Source of the DNA: Blepharisma stoltei ATCC 30299
Taxonomy: Eukaryota > Protista > Ciliophora
Direction of reading: 5' to 3'
Assembly: GCA_965603825.1 (NCBI GenBank)
Contig: CBFDEM010000050.1
Location: 248,001 to 312,000, forward strand
DNA length: 64,000 bases
Made by a program: the position numbers and the translations under genes. Below are positions 62,248 to 64,000 of the stretch, piece by piece. The notes below the pieces were generated by a model. It was given only the letters and a program-made list of their open reading frames with translations, made no database searches and had not been told where the DNA came from. The stretch's first letter is position 1, and each line of letters starts with the position of its first letter.

Positions 62248-63576
62248 TTAGTAACTAGGGTAATTTGTAAAAGAATCAATCGCTTCAGTAAGTTTATTGA
62301 CTTCAGCAGTTCGTTGGTTTAAAAGCTCCATTTTCATTTTTGCAAATTGTTTTCGCTCCAGTTTTTCCTGCCTTTCTTTTTCTCTAAAAGCTTCTAACTG
62401 CTTTTTCAGCTCGAAATTTTCTCCTTTAACTTGCACCATAAAAGTGTCAAAATCAGTATTTTTTTTAGAATTTTCTTCAAGTTCTTGTTGGAGTTTTTGA
62501 ATTTTTATATGTAAACGATTTTTTTCTTCATCTTGCTTTGATAAAGATGCTTGTAAAGATGATATTAAGGATTCATCTTCTTTTGATTTCATACGAAGAT
62601 CCATGATAGTATTTTCCTGACGAGAAATCAATTCAATTGCCCTATTGAGTTCACTATTGAGTGACTGAAATTCTTCAGAGATATTTTCCTTATAATTTGA
62701 GGTGAATGATTTTAGATCTTTTATCTCTTTTTCACTGATTTCTTGGATTCTTCTCAACTCTTCGTTTTTTTTCCTTTCCTTTTGCAGATTGTTTTCAAGA
62801 TCTTGAACTTTTTGGGAACTGTAGTATAACTTTTCATTATTTTCTTTAAGCTCTCTTATATTGCTTGCTAGAATATTTTTTTCTTGTGAAAGCTCAGATA
62901 TTTGATCTTTCAAGACTTTCTCAAAGTTCTTCCAAGTTCTCAACTGTTCATTTGCGTGCTTATCTCTTTCTTTCGCCATCGAAATCTCTTCATCAAGTCT
63001 ATCTTCAGCCTGCTTATTTATTTTCTTATATTTCTCCACTTCTGCAAGCAAAAATGTTGTTTCTTCGTTTTTTTCTTTAAACTGTTCTCTTAAGGCTTTG
63101 ATTTCTTTATTTTTTTCATCTCTTTCTTTCATTACAATTATCTGCATTTCCCTCAACGATCTCTCATACTCCTCAACTTGTTTCCTCATACTTTCTCTCA
63201 GTTCATCATTTTCTCTATCTCTATCTTTTATTTGTTCACTTAGATCATATATTTGCTTCTCAAGGTTTCCAATTTCGCTTCTTTTCCCTCTTGAATTTCT
63301 TATTTCTTCTTCCAGCTCCAAAATCCTTTGATCTTTCTTTAACACTTCCCTTCTAAACTGTTCAATTTTTTCTCTCTGCATTTTAAGCCCTTGTATATAC
63401 CTTTCCTCTTCTTGCATTTCCCTCATTTCAATAGCTCGAATTGAATCAAAGTCATTGACAATAAATTTTGATGGATTATTGTTGGGTGATGCATTATAAA
63501 AGTCAGCTGGTCCTGGAGTATCTGAAATTCTGCTGCGTTCAGCTGATTTTTCATTTTCTCTATGGTAAAGAGCCAT
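62248..63576 (-). CDS. Coiled-coil protein (442 aa)
   Basis: Uninterrupted heptad-rich ORF. Confidence 0.8.
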   Translation of the reverse strand: MALYHRENEKSAERSRISDTPGPADFYNASPNNNPSKFIVNDFDSIRAIEMREMQEEERYIQGLKMQREKIEQFRREVLKKDQRILELEEEIRNSRGKRSEIGNLEKQIYDLSEQIKDRDRENDELRESMRKQVEEYERSLREMQIIVMKERDEKNKEIKALREQFKEKNEETTFLLAEVEKYKKINKQAEDRLDEEISMAKERDKHANEQLRTWKNFEKVLKDQISELSQEKNILASNIRELKENNEKLYYSSQKVQDLENNLQKERKKNEELRRIQEISEKEIKDLKSFTSNYKENISEEFQSLNSELNRAIELISRQENTIMDLRMKSKEDESLISSLQASLSKQDEEKNRLHIKIQKLQQELEENSKKNTDFDTFMVQVKGENFELKKQLEAFREKERQEKLERKQFAKMKMELLNQRTAEVNKLTEAIDSFTNYPSY

Positions 63577-63649
63577 TTACTTTTATTTTTTGAATTATTT
63601 GATTTTGAAATTTGAGGAGATGAGTTAAATTTCTGTCTTATAATGGTAA

Positions 63650-64000
63650 ATGGAAAACAATCATAAACTTACAGATTTCGTAATTCAAAAAGAACTTGGC
63701 CGCGGAAGCTTTGGAATTGTATTTTTAGTACAAAATACAAGAAACCGCAAATTTTATGTGCTAAAGCGCATCAACTTAGGCCTTTTAACCATAAAGCAAA
63801 AGAAAGCAGCACTCAGAGAAGCAGAAATTTTGAAACAATTAGACCATCCACATATTATTAAATATCATGCATCCTTTCTAGAAGATAATGACCTCTCATT
63901 GATTATGGACTATGCAGAAGGTGGAGATCTGCAACAGTTGCTGCTTAAACACAGACTAAGAAAGAAAAATTTCAACGAAAAAGAACTATGGAGATTTGCA
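63650..64000 (+). CDS. NIMA-related (NEK) Ser/Thr kinase, 5' part; runs off the window
   Basis: LGRGSFGIV, YVLKRI, REAEILKQLDHPHIIKY, IMDYAEGGDL; absent from the ORF track because there is no stop within the window. Confidence 0.9.
   Translation, partial: MENNHKLTDFVIQKELGRGSFGIVFLVQNTRNRKFYVLKRINLGLLTIKQKKAALREAEILKQLDHPHIIKYHASFLEDNDLSLIMDYAEGGDLQQLLLKHRLRKKNFNEKELWRFA

Overview
Gene-dense, AT-rich eukaryotic DNA, almost certainly a heterotrich ciliate macronuclear (somatic) genome of the Blepharisma type. The supplied ORF track is fragmented for two reasons. First, TGA encodes Trp: it sits on conserved Trp positions in PHD, IQ, MORN, rhomboid WR, PKA DWW, LMBR1 and USP motifs, and all complete genes end in TAA or TAG. 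Second, genes carry tiny 15-16 nt GT-AG introns; all twelve 15-mers found have A at position 10. Re-reading with these rules gives about 35 protein genes and one tRNA-Lys(CTT). Genes include a Trithorax/MLL-like SET protein, IQ-MORN, CLASP/TOG, mitochondrial ACP, METTL25, a CG-1 domain protein, a 1599-aa coiled-coil/GNAT-like/serpin-like protein, DUF4485, TVP38, KIF-binding protein, AP-4 sigma, a TPR-DUSP-MYND USP, ORC1, UNC-45/UCS, RING-H2, rhomboid, TFIIH p62, LMBRD2, PCD-like, PTGR, PKA-C, FYVE-CaaX, HIBCH-like, CHY and a NEK kinase. The most striking structure is a P2C (Na,K-type) ATPase cluster at 41.2-59.4 kb. Two intact, divergently oriented pumps flank a PKA catalytic gene, both start with an RRTS PKA site, share conserved non-coding elements, use only TGG for Trp and lack a canonical ion-binding Asp. 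Downstream lie an actuator-domain-only truncation and a divergent full-length pump that has lost PEGL and overlaps the next gene. All family calls are from motif recognition by eye; no database search was run.
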